Assembly (NCBI GenBank): GCA_965221595.1
Contig: OZ244900.1
Coordinates: forward strand, 2,918,687-2,982,686
DNA: 64,000 nucleotides
Direction: 5' to 3'
DNA from: Vicinamibacterales bacterium
GTDB taxonomy: Bacteria; Acidobacteriota; Vicinamibacteria; Vicinamibacterales; UBA8438
Shown: positions 26,413 through 36,508 of the stretch, one piece after another
How the letters are laid out: every line of letters starts with the position of its first letter
Numbering within the stretch: the first letter of the stretch is position 1
Notes under the pieces: model-generated
The model's database searches: none
Told to the model about the DNA's origin: nothing
What the model saw: the letters and a program-made list of their open reading frames with translations, nothing else
Made by a program: the position numbers and the translations under genes

Positions 26413-29214
26413 ATGTCCCCGCCGACGCACTCGACGGCACTCGCCACCGCTCAGGCCCGTGTGCTCGACGTCGTCGACACGCTCGCCAGCGAGCTGCGCG
26501 GGGGTTTCGACAGCCGGCCGGCGCGGCTGGACGACTCGCTGGAGCGCGACCTCGGCATCAGCAGCCTCGAGCGGGTCGAGCTGCTGGTGCGGCTCGAAGC
26601 GGCGTTCGGCGTGCGCCTGGGCGACGCCGCCATGGTCGAGGCGGAGACGCCGGGAGACCTCGCCGCCGCCCTCGCCGCCGCGGACCCGGCGCTGGCCACC
26701 GCCGTTCCGGAGCGTGCGGCCCCGCGCGCAGCCGCCACCACCGAACCGCAGGCGGCGGACACGGTCGTCGACGCCCTCGAGTGGCACGCGAGCCGCACCC
26801 CCGACCGCGTCCACATGCGCCTGCGCGAGGAGGACGGCGTCGAGACCCCGCTGACCTACGGCTGGTTGTGGCAGGCATCCACCGCAATTGCGAACGGGTT
26901 GACGGCCAGGGGCCTGGGCCGCCGCGAGACCGTCGCCATCATGCTCCGTACCGAGCGGGCGTTCTTTCCCGCCTTCATCGGAACCCTCATGGCCGGCTGC
27001 GTACCCGTGCCCCTGTACCCGCCCGTGAGAGCCGACCGTATCGAGGAGTACGCCGAGCGCCAGGTCGGCATCCTGCGCAACGCGTCCGCGCGCCTCCTGA
27101 TCACGTTCACCGCCGTCGAACGGCTGGCCGCCGTGCTGGTGGCCCGCGTCCCGACGCTCGCGGGCGTCGTCACCGCGGATTCGGTGACGGAGAGCGCGGC
27201 GTCCCGGTCCCCGGTTCCCTGGCGACCGCGTCGTCCCGGGGACGAACCTGCCCTGATCCAGTACACCTCCGGCAGCACGGGCAGCCCCAAGGGCGTCCTG
27301 CTCTCCCATGCGAACCTGCTGGCCAACATCCGCGCCCTGCAGGCAGCCCTGGCCTTCCGCTCGGACGACGTCGTCGCGAGCTGGCTGCCGCTCTATCACG
27401 ACATGGGCCTGATCGGCGCCTGGCTCGGCACCCTGTACGTTGGCGCCCCGCTCGTCCTGATGCCGCCGCTCGCCTTTCTCGCACGTCCGGTACGTTGGCT
27501 GCGGGCGCTCCACGACCATCGGGGCACGGTATCCCCGGCACCCAACTTCGCCTACGACCTGTGCAGCCGGCGCATCCGCGACGACGAGCTCACCGGGCTC
27601 GACCTGAGCCCGGTGAGGCGCCTGCTCAACGGATCGGAAGCCGTGCACCCGGAGACCCTGGAACGGTTCGCGGCGCGCTTCGCCGCGTACGGCCTCCAGC
27701 CGGCGGCGTTGTGTCCCGTCTACGGCCTGGCCGAGTGCTCCGTCGGCCTGACCGCGCCACCGGTGGACCGTGGGCCGCGGCTGGACCGTGTCAACCGGCG
27801 CGACCTGCAGGAGGGCGGGCGTGCCGAGCCCGTCGCAGACGGTGACGCGGCCCTGCGCATCGTCTCCTGCGGGCACCCCCTGCCGGGGCACGAGGTGCGG
27901 GTGGTGGACGCGTCGGGCGCGCGCGTTGCCGAGCGACGGGAAGGACACGTCGAGTTCCGCGGCCCGTCCGCGACGGCCGGCTACTACCGCAACCCCGCGG
28001 CCACGCGCGAGCTGATCGGGGCGGACGGCTGGCTCGCGACGGGCGACCTCGGCTACCTGGCCGACGGCGAGTTGTTCCTGACCGGCCGGCGCAAGGACTT
28101 GATCGTCAAGGGCGGACGAAACCTCCATCCGCACGAGGCCGAGGAGGTCGCCGGCCGCGTCGCCGGGGTGCGCGCGGGGTGCGTGGCGGCGTTCGGCATC
28201 ACCGACCGCGAGCGGGGCACCGAGCGCTTCGTCGTGCTTGCCGAGACGCGCCTGACGGGCGCCGCGGAACGCGCGCGACTCGAGCACACCGTCACCAAAC
28301 GCATCGCGGTGGCGCTCGGCGTGCCGCCGGACCTCGTGGTGATCCGCTCGCCGGGCGCCGTGCTCAAGACGTCGAGCGGCAAGATTCGCCGCGCCGCCAC
28401 GCGCGAGGCGTACCTCTCCGGGCGGCTGTCCGACGCGCGGCCCGCGGTCATCACGCAGTGGGCGCGCGTGCTCGCGCGGTCCGGACTGGCCGCGTGCCGC
28501 CGCTGGTGCGGGCAGGGCCTGCGCGCCGCGTACACCGCGTACGTCGCAGCGCTCCTGCTGCTGACCGCGCCCGTCATCTGGGCGGTGCTGGCCGCGGGCC
28601 CGCGGGGCCGCTGGACGACGCGCCTGGTCGGGCGCTGGGCACGGGTGATGCTGGCCGCCGCCGCGTGCCCGGTCGACGTCAGCGGCCTGGACCGGGTGAC
28701 GAAGCTCGGGCCGGCCGTCTACGTGGCCAATCACGCCAGCTACCTGGACTCGGTCCTGATGATGGCAATCCTGCCGGTGGATCTCCGCTTCGCCGCCAAG
28801 GGACGCCTGGCACGCTACCCGCTGCTGGGGACCGCAATCCGCAAGGGCGAGCACATCCCCATCGAGAAGGGCGACCTGTCGCAGCAGATGGCGGGCGCGG
28901 GCGCGGTCGTAACCCCGCTGCGGCAGGGCGAGTCGCTGTTCGTGTTTCCGGAGGGAACGTTCGTCGTCGCGCCCGGACTGCTGCCGTTCCGCCTCGGCGC
29001 GTTCCGGGCAGCCGTCGAAACCGGGCGGCCCGTCGTCCCGGTTGCCATCAGCGGCACGCGCCGAGTGCTCCCGGCCGGCACGCTGCTGCTGCGGCCCGGC
29101 CGCATCACGGTGACGATCGGGCAGCCGCTGGCCCCGGCGGCGGATGGCTGGCAGGAGATCGTCCGGCTGCGGGATCTGGCCCGCACGGCGATCGAGCAGG
29201 CGGTCCGCGAGTAG
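26413..29214 (+). CDS. Tri-domain fusion: N-terminal acyl carrier domain, fatty-acyl-AMP ligase (FAAL/AMP-binding), membrane-anchored C-terminal lysophospholipid (PlsC/AGPAT-type) acyltransferase
   Basis: 933-aa ORF. Carrier motif LGISSLERVELL (serine codon at about 26563). Adenylation motifs IQYTSGSTGSPKGV, ATGDLGY and KTSSGKIRR. A hydrophobic span (AYTAYVAALLLLTAPVIWAVLAA) is followed by HX4D NHASYLD (28729-28749) and FPEGT. Confidence 0.8.
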   Translation: MSPPTHSTALATAQARVLDVVDTLASELRGGFDSRPARLDDSLERDLGISSLERVELLVRLEAAFGVRLGDAAMVEAETPGDLAAALAAADPALATAVPERAAPRAAATTEPQAADTVVDALEWHASRTPDRVHMRLREEDGVETPLTYGWLWQASTAIANGLTARGLGRRETVAIMLRTERAFFPAFIGTLMAGCVPVPLYPPVRADRIEEYAERQVGILRNASARLLITFTAVERLAAVLVARVPTLAGVVTADSVTESAASRSPVPWRPRRPGDEPALIQYTSGSTGSPKGVLLSHANLLANIRALQAALAFRSDDVVASWLPLYHDMGLIGAWLGTLYVGAPLVLMPPLAFLARPVRWLRALHDHRGTVSPAPNFAYDLCSRRIRDDELTGLDLSPVRRLLNGSEAVHPETLERFAARFAAYGLQPAALCPVYGLAECSVGLTAPPVDRGPRLDRVNRRDLQEGGRAEPVADGDAALRIVSCGHPLPGHEVRVVDASGARVAERREGHVEFRGPSATAGYYRNPAATRELIGADGWLATGDLGYLADGELFLTGRRKDLIVKGGRNLHPHEAEEVAGRVAGVRAGCVAAFGITDRERGTERFVVLAETRLTGAAERARLEHTVTKRIAVALGVPPDLVVIRSPGAVLKTSSGKIRRAATREAYLSGRLSDARPAVITQWARVLARSGLAACRRWCGQGLRAAYTAYVAALLLLTAPVIWAVLAAGPRGRWTTRLVGRWARVMLAAAACPVDVSGLDRVTKLGPAVYVANHASYLDSVLMMAILPVDLRFAAKGRLARYPLLGTAIRKGEHIPIEKGDLSQQMAGAGAVVTPLRQGESLFVFPEGTFVVAPGLLPFRLGAFRAAVETGRPVVPVAISGTRRVLPAGTLLLRPGRITVTIGQPLAPAADGWQEIVRLRDLARTAIEQAVRE

Positions 29215-29267
29215 GGTCCGGCGGCCGTCACTCGCGGCTCCGCCGCCCCCCTCCGGTGCGCGCCTTC

Positions 29268-29298
29268 GGAGTCTGCGCGGTGTTGCGGTGCAGACTCC
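29268..29298. terminator. Hairpin between convergent genes (possible bidirectional terminator)
   Basis: GGAGTCTGC (29268-29276) and GCAGACTCC (29290-29298) form a perfect 9-bp stem. There is no clear U-tract, which is common at this GC content. Confidence 0.4.
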
Positions 29299-29303
29299 TG
29301 CAG

Positions 29304-30464
29304 TCAGACGGTGCCGGCCGCGGCCCGTGCGAGGGCCTGGGTCAGGTCGGCAATCAGATCGTCGGCGTCCTCGATGCCGAGCGACAGCCGCACCAGGTCG
29401 GCCGGCACCGGCGTCCCCGGCCCCTCGATCGGTGCGCGATGCTCCACGAGGCTCTCGACGCCGCCCAGCGAGGTTGCGTTCCTGAAGACCCGCAGCTCCG
29501 CCACGACCGCCCGCGCCGCCGCCTCGTCGGCCACGCGGAACGAGACCAGCGGGCCGAAGCCGCCCTGCATCTGACCCGCCGCGATCTCGTGGCCCCGATG
29601 CCCGGGCAGCCCCGGGTACAGCACCTGCGTTACGCTCGGCTGCCCGGTCAGCGCCTCGGCCACCCGCTGCGCGTTCTCGGACGCCCGGGCCACACGCAGA
29701 AAGAGGGTGCGCATGCCGCGCAGCAGCAGCCAGGCCTCGAACGGGCCGAGTACGGCGCCGCGATAGGCGCGGTCGTGCTTGATCTGTCCCCACGCGTCGT
29801 CGCCACGGGCGGTGACCAGCGCGCCGGCCAGCACGTCGGAATGGCCGTTGAGCTGCTTGGTCGCCGAGTGCATCACGAGGTCGGCACCGAGCCGGAGCGG
29901 CCTGCACAGCGCTGGCGTGGCCACCGTGCCGTCCACCACCACCCGGGCGCCTGCCGCGTGCGCAACTTCCGCCGTCGCCGCGATATCGGTCACGGCACAC
30001 ATGGGATTCGACGGCGTCTCCACCCACACCAGGCGGGTTGCGCCCGGACGTAACGCCCGCCGGAGCGCCGCCAGGTCGCCGTTCGGCACCAGGTCGAGCG
30101 CGATGCGGCCCCGCGCTGCAAGCTCCTGCAGCCACAGGCGAATGGTCCAGTACATCCCGACCGGCGCAACGACGTGGTCGCCCGCCGCGAGCGTTTCGAA
30201 CACCGTTGTGGCAGCTGCCATGCCCGAGCTGAACAACAGGGCCTCGTGCCCTTCCTCCAGGCGGGCCAGCAGCGCCTCCGCCGGTTCGTAGGTCGGATTC
30301 TGATCGCGCGTGTACGTGTGGCCGCCCGGATAGCTGCCGTCCGGCGCGCGTTCGTACGTGGCCGAAGGCACGACCGGCGGCACGATGGCCGCGTGCGTCG
30401 GGTCGCACCCGCCGAGCGCCTGCGCGGCGAGCGTCCGCACGCTGAGTTTCAAGGACTCTTCCAT
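29304..30464 (-). CDS. Cys/Met-metabolism PLP-dependent enzyme (cystathionine gamma-synthase / beta-lyase family)
   Basis: 386-aa ORF with PLP-lysine context HSATKQLNGHSDVLAG and C-terminal LVRLSLGIED. Confidence 0.85.
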   Translation of the reverse strand: MEESLKLSVRTLAAQALGGCDPTHAAIVPPVVPSATYERAPDGSYPGGHTYTRDQNPTYEPAEALLARLEEGHEALLFSSGMAAATTVFETLAAGDHVVAPVGMYWTIRLWLQELAARGRIALDLVPNGDLAALRRALRPGATRLVWVETPSNPMCAVTDIAATAEVAHAAGARVVVDGTVATPALCRPLRLGADLVMHSATKQLNGHSDVLAGALVTARGDDAWGQIKHDRAYRGAVLGPFEAWLLLRGMRTLFLRVARASENAQRVAEALTGQPSVTQVLYPGLPGHRGHEIAAGQMQGGFGPLVSFRVADEAAARAVVAELRVFRNATSLGGVESLVEHRAPIEGPGTPVPADLVRLSLGIEDADDLIADLTQALARAAAGTV

Positions 30465-30467
30465 CGT

Positions 30468-31898
30468 CTACGGCGCAGACTCCCGGGTGGGCGAGGGCCC
30501 GATATCGATGGTGATCTCGCGCCAGCGGCCCTGGCGGAAGCGGACGACGCTGAGCGTGGCGCGGGTCATGTGTCCCAGCACGATGGCCATCCAGATGTCT
30601 TCGGGGCGCAGCCCGGGGCCGGCCGCGAACCAGGTGCACCAGCCGATGGGCACGACGACCTGCGAGACCATGGAGATGTAGAGCGGACTCCGCGTGTCGC
30701 CGGTGCCCTGCAGGCCGCCGGTATAGATCAACGCCACGGTGACGAAGAACCCGGATACGGCCAGATAGCTCAGGAGCTGCCGTCCGAGCTCGTACGCCAC
30801 CCCTTCGTCGAGCGCAAAGATGGCCAGCAGGGGCCGCGGGACGCCGATGAAGAGCACGCCGACCACGGTCGCGCAGGCGAGACCGATGACCGTTGCGACC
30901 TGCGCGGCGCGGGCGCTGCGGGCCGGCTGCCCGGCGCCGAGATTCTGGCCTGCGACCGCCGCCGTGGCCCCCATGAGGCCCACCGAGGTCCAGGTGATCA
31001 GGGCGAACAGCTCGGTGTAGCCCACCGCGTACGCGGCCTGCGCCTCCGCGCTGTGCTCCAGCGACCCGACGAAGCGCAGCAGCAGCACACCCGCCGCGTT
31101 CATGACGATCCCCTGGAACCCGGCCGGGAGGCCGAACCTGAACAGCTCCCGGATGACGCGCCAGTCGGGCCTCCACGCCATGTCCCCGGCGAAGCGGATC
31201 ACGAGGCGGTCCGAGAACAGCAGCGTGAGGAACACCACGGCCACCAGACAGCTGGCGATGGCCGTGCCCATGGCCGCGCCTGTCGTGCCGAACGACGGGA
31301 TGGGGCCCAGGCCCCGGATGAGCACGACGTTCAGCGCGATGTTGAGGGCCGTCATCAACGCGCCGAGGCGCAGCGGTGTGCGCGCGTCGCCCGCCGCCCG
31401 CAGCGCGCCGTTCATCATGAAGAAGATCAGCATCCCGATGCTGAACACGAAGACGATGCGGATGTAGGAGAGGGCCTCCGCCTGCACCTCGGGCGCGGCG
31501 TTGATCATGTCCAGCAGGACCGGCGCCGCGAAGTAGCCGACCGGCGCCATGATGCCGACGGCCATGAAGACCGCGGTCAGGAAGGCCTGATAGACCGTCC
31601 GGTTGACCCTCTCCGCGTCGTCGGCGCCCGCGAAACGGGCGACCAGCACGCCCATGCCCGTGAAGACGGACGCCACGAAGACGATGACGAGGAGGAAGAC
31701 CTGCATGCTGACCCCGATGGCCGCATTGCCCGCATGGCCGACGTAGTGGCCGACCATCGCCTGGTCGACGATGCCCTGCAGGCCCCCGATCATGTTCGTC
31801 AGCATGGCGGGCCAGGCGAGCTTCCACACGGCCCTCCACAGGGGGCCGTCCACGATGCTGCGGTCGAAGCGCGGCTGCGGTCGTCGACTGTCGCTCAT
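30468..31898 (-). CDS. MATE family efflux transporter
   Basis: 476-aa 12-TM type ORF with MATE N-terminal pattern LWRAVWKLAWPAMLTNMIGGLQGIVDQAMVGH. Confidence 0.85.
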   Translation of the reverse strand: MSDSRRPQPRFDRSIVDGPLWRAVWKLAWPAMLTNMIGGLQGIVDQAMVGHYVGHAGNAAIGVSMQVFLLVIVFVASVFTGMGVLVARFAGADDAERVNRTVYQAFLTAVFMAVGIMAPVGYFAAPVLLDMINAAPEVQAEALSYIRIVFVFSIGMLIFFMMNGALRAAGDARTPLRLGALMTALNIALNVVLIRGLGPIPSFGTTGAAMGTAIASCLVAVVFLTLLFSDRLVIRFAGDMAWRPDWRVIRELFRFGLPAGFQGIVMNAAGVLLLRFVGSLEHSAEAQAAYAVGYTELFALITWTSVGLMGATAAVAGQNLGAGQPARSARAAQVATVIGLACATVVGVLFIGVPRPLLAIFALDEGVAYELGRQLLSYLAVSGFFVTVALIYTGGLQGTGDTRSPLYISMVSQVVVPIGWCTWFAAGPGLRPEDIWMAIVLGHMTRATLSVVRFRQGRWREITIDIGPSPTRESAP

Positions 31899-31940
31899 GC
31901 GCTGCCCGCCAACGGCGGGGGCGGAGGTCAGTAATGTAAG

Positions 31941-32699
31941 ATGGGAAGTTGCATCGTGGTGCCGGAGCCTCCGTCACTCTATCAGATCGAAACACGGATT
32001 CGGGAGGCACTCGCCCGGCCGCTGCCCGGCGCGGCGGCGCACCTCAACCTCGCGCCCCGGCCGCGGCACGGCTGGCACCCCAGTCACGTACCGGCCGGCG
32101 CCAGCGTCGCGGCCGGGCTCGTACTTCTCTACCCGCGTGACGCGCGGCCGCACGTGCTGCTCACCGTGCGCTCCGGCGCACTGCCCCGGCATGGCGGCCA
32201 GGTATCGCTCCCCGGCGGCCGGGTCGAGCCCGAAGAGACCATTCGGGATGCGGCCCTGCGCGAGGCTGCAGAGGAGGTCGGGCTGGAGCCGGCCGGCGTG
32301 CGCATCCTGGGCGTGCTCTCGACACTCTACATTCCGGTGAGCGACTTCGCGCTGCACCCGGTGGTGGGCGTGGCCGACAAGTGTCCCGCGTTCCGGCGCC
32401 GTTCGTCGGAGGTGGCGCGCATCGTCGACGTGCCGCTGGCGCTGCTGCTCGACCCGCGCGGCGCGCCCCGGCAGGGCGCCGTCTGGCGGCGCGGCGGGCG
32501 GGTGCTCGTACCCTACTTCGAGGTATCGAGCGAGCGCGTGTGGGGCGCGACCGCGATGATTCTGGCCGAGCTGCTGGCGCTGCTCGGCGCGGTGCCGGCC
32601 GACCCGTGGGACGCCGGCGCCGCGGCCGGCGCGTGCGCCGCTCCCGCAGGGCCGGGGCCGGAGGCGGCAACGGTCGGCCCGGGCGGGCGGATGCGATAA
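31941..32699 (+). CDS. Nudix hydrolase, CoA pyrophosphatase type
   Basis: Nudix box [31 protein letters not shown]. The overall length and context pattern resemble NudL-type enzymes. Confidence 0.7.
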   Translation: MGSCIVVPEPPSLYQIETRIREALARPLPGAAAHLNLAPRPRHGWHPSHVPAGASVAAGLVLLYPRDARPHVLLTVRSGALPRHGGQVSLPGGRVEPEETIRDAALREAAEEVGLEPAGVRILGVLSTLYIPVSDFALHPVVGVADKCPAFRRRSSEVARIVDVPLALLLDPRGAPRQGAVWRRGGRVLVPYFEVSSERVWGATAMILAELLALLGAVPADPWDAGAAAGACAAPAGPGPEAATVGPGGRMR

Positions 32700-32751
32700 T
32701 CGGCCCGGCCGCGTCGCACGACGCGGAACGCAGCCGCAGGAGAACCACCCG

Positions 32752-35172
32752 TTGCCCGAGAGGTCACGCCGGCGCCGGCAGCCCGAGGCGCCGCTGCTGG
32801 ACGCCGCCGAGGCCGGTGGCGCCGGCCCGCCGGCGGGAAGCGCCGGCCCCAGCCCGCCCGCCGGGAGCGAAGACCCCGTCGCCCTCCACGAAGCCGCGCA
32901 GTCGCGCTACCTGAACTACGCGCTGTCGGTCATCACGTCGCGGGCACTGCCCGACGTCCGCGACGGTCTCAAGCCGGTACAACGTCGCATTCTCTACACG
33001 ATGTGGCAACAGCGCCTCACCGCCGACGCCAAGCCGCGCAAGTGCGCGAAGGTGGTAGGCGACGTGATGGGCAGCTACCACCCCCACGGGGACGCGGCCA
33101 TCTACGACACCCTGGTGCGCCTGGCCCAACCGTTCGCGATGCGCTATCCGCTTGTCGAAGGCTTCGGCAACTTCGGCTCGCTGGACGGCGACAGCGCCGC
33201 CGCCATGCGCTACACGGAGTGCCGGCTCGACGGGGCCAGCGCCGAGCTGCTGTCCGAGCTGGACCGCGCGACCGTGCCGCTCAGAGCGAACTACGACGGC
33301 ACCCGCCGGGAACCGGTCGTCCTGCCCGCCCGGCTGCCCAACCTGCTGATCAACGGCGCCACCGGCATCGCCGTCGGCATGGCGACGAACATTCCGCCGC
33401 ACAACGTGCACGAGGTCTGCACCGCGCTCCTCGAGCTGCTGGCGGACCCGGCGCTCGACAGCGCGGCCCTCTGTCGGCACGTCACGGGTCCGGACTTTCC
33501 CACCGGCGGGCAGGTCGTCAACACGCCGGACGAACTGCGCGAAATCTATCGGACCGGCAGCGGCACCATCCGCCTGCGCGCGACGTGGGAGCCGGGGCCC
33601 CCGGCACGCGGCGCGCGGACGGTGCACGTGACGAGCATCCCGTACGCCGCCAACAAGGCGCAGATAGTAGAGCGGATCGCCGAGATCATCCTCGCCCGCA
33701 AGCTGCCGCCGCTCATCGACGTCACGGACCAGTCGACCGCCGAGGTACGCATCGTCCTGCAGATGAAGAGCGATGCGGACGAGCGCCTGGTCATGGCGTA
33801 CCTGTTCCGGCATACGCCGCTGCAGACCAACTTCGCCGCCAACTTCACCTGCCTGGTGCCCACCGGGCAGGCCGAGACGGCGCGGCCGGAACGACTCGAT
33901 CTGCACCAGCTTCTGTGGCACTTCCTCCACTTCCGGCTGGACGTCGTCACCCGCCGTCTCGAGCACGAGCTCGACGCCCTCCGCAAGCGCATCCACATCC
34001 TCGAAGGGTTCGCGCTGGTGTTCGACGCCCTCGACGCCATCATCGAACTGATCCGCCGCTCGGACGGCAAGGCGGACGCGGCCCGCCGGATCATGGCGCG
34101 CTTCGACCTCGACGCGGACCAGACCGACGCCATCCTCGAGCTGAAAATCTACCGGCTGGCCCGCCTGGAGATCCTGGTCATCCGTCAGGAACTGGAAACC
34201 AGGCGCGCGCGCGGCGGCGAAATCGCCCGGCTGCTCGCCGACGAGAACGCGCGCTGGTCGATGGTCGGCGACGAGCTGCGCGAGGTGCGCGACACCTACG
34301 GCGACCCGGCGGCCAACCCGCGCCGCACGCTGATCGCGGCCGTCGAAGACGACCGGTTCACCGCCGACGACTTCATCGTCGACGAGGACGCCGTCATCCT
34401 GATCTCGCGCGACGGCTGGGTGAAGCGCCAGCGCGAGGTGCGCGACGTGAAGGGCACGCGGCTGCGCGAGGGCGACGCCCTGCTGGCAGCGCTGGCCGGC
34501 AGCACACGGGCCACCTGCGTCTTCTTCAGCAACCTCGGCGCGGCATACACCTGCCGGCTGATAGACATTCCGGCGTCCACCGGCTACGGCGAGCCCATCC
34601 AGCGACTGTTCAAGCTGAAGGACGGCGAGCGCGTGGTGGCGGCATTCAGCCTCGACCCGCGCGTCACGGCGGCCATCGCCGCGCCGGCGGAAGGCGCGCC
34701 GCCGCCGACCCACGCCGCCGCCGTCAGCAGCGACGGCTTCGCCCTGCGCTTCAGCCTCGAACCGTTCGCCGAGCCGAGCACCCGCGCCGGCCGCCGCTTC
34801 GCGCGACCGGCCCGCGGCGCCGAGATCGTCGGCGTCGCGATCGTACGTGAGCAGGCGGTGATCATCGCCGCCACCCGCCAGGCGCGGGCCGTCCTCTGCC
34901 ACACCAGCGAGATCAACTTCTTGTCCGGCCCCGGCAAGGGCGTCACCCTGATCAAGCTCGACCGCCGGGAGGACGCCGTGCTCGGCTTCGTCGCCTCCAC
35001 CGGCGCCCGCGACCTGCTCACCGTGGAAACCAGCCGCGGCGCCACGCAGACCATCAGCAGCGCCAAGTACGAGATCACGAAGCGCGGCGGCCGGGGCCGC
35101 GAGCTGCTCCAGCGTGCCCGCTTCACACGCGTCGTCCCGCCACCGGTCGCAACGCCTGTGCTGAAGTCGTAG
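32752..35172 (+). CDS. parC: Type IIA topoisomerase subunit A (GyrA/ParC family; ParC-like, no GyrA box seen)
   Basis: Motifs [30 protein letters not shown], catalytic AAMRYTE, and beta-pinwheel C-terminal repeats. The exact start (TTG at 32752) is uncertain, and the ParC versus GyrA assignment is an inference. Confidence 0.8.
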   Translation: MPERSRRRRQPEAPLLDAAEAGGAGPPAGSAGPSPPAGSEDPVALHEAAQSRYLNYALSVITSRALPDVRDGLKPVQRRILYTMWQQRLTADAKPRKCAKVVGDVMGSYHPHGDAAIYDTLVRLAQPFAMRYPLVEGFGNFGSLDGDSAAAMRYTECRLDGASAELLSELDRATVPLRANYDGTRREPVVLPARLPNLLINGATGIAVGMATNIPPHNVHEVCTALLELLADPALDSAALCRHVTGPDFPTGGQVVNTPDELREIYRTGSGTIRLRATWEPGPPARGARTVHVTSIPYAANKAQIVERIAEIILARKLPPLIDVTDQSTAEVRIVLQMKSDADERLVMAYLFRHTPLQTNFAANFTCLVPTGQAETARPERLDLHQLLWHFLHFRLDVVTRRLEHELDALRKRIHILEGFALVFDALDAIIELIRRSDGKADAARRIMARFDLDADQTDAILELKIYRLARLEILVIRQELETRRARGGEIARLLADENARWSMVGDELREVRDTYGDPAANPRRTLIAAVEDDRFTADDFIVDEDAVILISRDGWVKRQREVRDVKGTRLREGDALLAALAGSTRATCVFFSNLGAAYTCRLIDIPASTGYGEPIQRLFKLKDGERVVAAFSLDPRVTAAIAAPAEGAPPPTHAAAVSSDGFALRFSLEPFAEPSTRAGRRFARPARGAEIVGVAIVREQAVIIAATRQARAVLCHTSEINFLSGPGKGVTLIKLDRREDAVLGFVASTGARDLLTVETSRGATQTISSAKYEITKRGGRGRELLQRARFTRVVPPPVATPVLKS

Positions 35173-35329
35173 AGACGGTGCCGCCCCGCGGACCGCACAC
35201 CGGGATCGCACGCTCCCCTTCCACGTCGCCGCCGGCACCGTCGAACACACCCACGCGCCAAACTGAACCGAGCTGACCTGCATCGGTCGACAGATTGAGG
35301 ACACATATCTTTCGTGTTATATTCGCCTA

Positions 35330-36508
35330 GTGAGCGACCGCTCAGCCATCGAATGGACGGATGCCACCTGGAACCCGGTCCGTGGCTGCTCCAAGGTCAG
35401 CGCCGGCTGCGCGCACTGCTACGCGCAGACGTTCGCCAAGCGCTTCAGAGGCGTGCCCGGACATCCGTTCGAACAGGGTTTCGACCTCCGGCTCGTGCCG
35501 GAGAAGCTGAACCAACCCTTGTCGTGGCGCCGCCCGCGAAGAATCTTCGTTAACTCCATGAGCGATCTGTTTCACGAAGACGTGCCAGTCGACTTCATCG
35601 CGTCCATCGGCGCGGTGATGCGCAGCGCCGGCTGGCACACGTTCCAGGTGTTGACCAAGCGACATGGCCGCATGCAGCGTCTGCTCGCCGGCGAACTGCG
35701 CTGGATGAGCGGTCTCCCCAACGTCTGGTACGGCGTGAGCGTGGAGAACCGAACGCCCGGACTGATGCGGCTCGACGCGCTGCGCCACACCCCCGCCGTC
35801 GTGCGCTTCGCCTCCCTGGAACCGCTTCTGGAAGACCTGGGTCCCATCGACCTGACCGGCATCCATTGGGTGATCGCCGGCGGCGAGAGCGGTCCGCGCG
35901 CCAGGCGCATGGAGCAGGACTGGGTCCTGGATATCGAACGACAGTGCAGGGAACACGGTGTGCCCTTCTTCTTCAAGCAGTGGGGCGGCGTGCGCAAGCA
36001 GTCGACCGGACGGGTGCTGAACGGCCGAACATACGACGACTTCCCGGCCACCGCCCACGAGTCCCCTCGCCGCATATCGCCGCTTCCGCATGACGACGGG
36101 CGGCGGCGCGACCCGGTACCTACTTTTACACCTTACAAATCACTCCAAGGGGCGCGAGCTTATGAAGGAATGCATGTGGAAGGTCGCGCCGGACGGCGGC
36201 TTCGAAGTATTCCAGCGCGACGATCCCAGACAGCCGTTTCTTATCAAGCCGTCACCGGACTTCGAACCGTTGCGGAAATGGCTGCTTGGACAGCTGGCAC
36301 AGGGACCGCGCAAAAGAGGCGAACTCCATCGAGAACTGCGGCTGACACTCTGGCTGCCGTCTCACCTGCAGAAGCTCGCCGGCCGACTGCGCAAGGGGGG
36401 CGAACTCGACTTCGACAAGGCGTCCGATACCTACTCTTTGCCGTCCAGGCGCCGGCTGTTCCTCTTCTGATCCGATCACGTTCGCCTTCAGGACAGCTCG
36501 CCTGGTGA
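35330..36508 (+). CDS. DUF5131 (phage Gp37/Gp68 family) protein; 3' end doubtful
   Basis: GTG start. Family pattern IEWTDATWNPVRGCSKVSAGCAHCYA, IFVNSMSDLFHE, WVIAGGESGP, FFFKQWGG. The recognisable domain ends near residue 235 (about 36035). The remaining ~155 codons are Arg/Ala/Thr-rich with poor third-position GC. Confidence 0.7.
   Translation: MSDRSAIEWTDATWNPVRGCSKVSAGCAHCYAQTFAKRFRGVPGHPFEQGFDLRLVPEKLNQPLSWRRPRRIFVNSMSDLFHEDVPVDFIASIGAVMRSAGWHTFQVLTKRHGRMQRLLAGELRWMSGLPNVWYGVSVENRTPGLMRLDALRHTPAVVRFASLEPLLEDLGPIDLTGIHWVIAGGESGPRARRMEQDWVLDIERQCREHGVPFFFKQWGGVRKQSTGRVLNGRTYDDFPATAHESPRRISPLPHDDGRRRDPVPTFTPYKSLQGARAYEGMHVEGRAGRRLRSIPARRSQTAVSYQAVTGLRTVAEMAAWTAGTGTAQKRRTPSRTAADTLAAVSPAEARRPTAQGGRTRLRQGVRYLLFAVQAPAVPLLIRSRSPSGQLAW
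36162..36470 (+). CDS. Hypothetical small protein, possible winged-helix type (candidate)
   Basis: 102-aa ORF (MKECMWKVAPDGG...) in a different frame from the DUF5131 tail. An AAGGGG sequence lies about 11 nt upstream of the ATG. Third-position GC is clearly higher than in the overlapping DUF5131 frame. I recognise no homology. Confidence 0.35.
   Translation: MKECMWKVAPDGGFEVFQRDDPRQPFLIKPSPDFEPLRKWLLGQLAQGPRKRGELHRELRLTLWLPSHLQKLAGRLRKGGELDFDKASDTYSLPSRRRLFLF

Noticed and set aside
26356-32010. An 1884-aa minus-strand ORF. Other very long alternate-frame or antisense ORFs include 155-1951 (+), 8871-10796 (-), 11440-13665 (-), 42774-44804 (-), 47159-50458 (-), 55030-57513 (-) and 61437-63353 (+).
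   Set aside because: They are Arg/Gly/Ala/Pro-rich and have no recognisable domains. They lie opposite or out of frame to genes with clear family motifs. This is the expected stop-codon-poor artefact of a ~70% GC genome.
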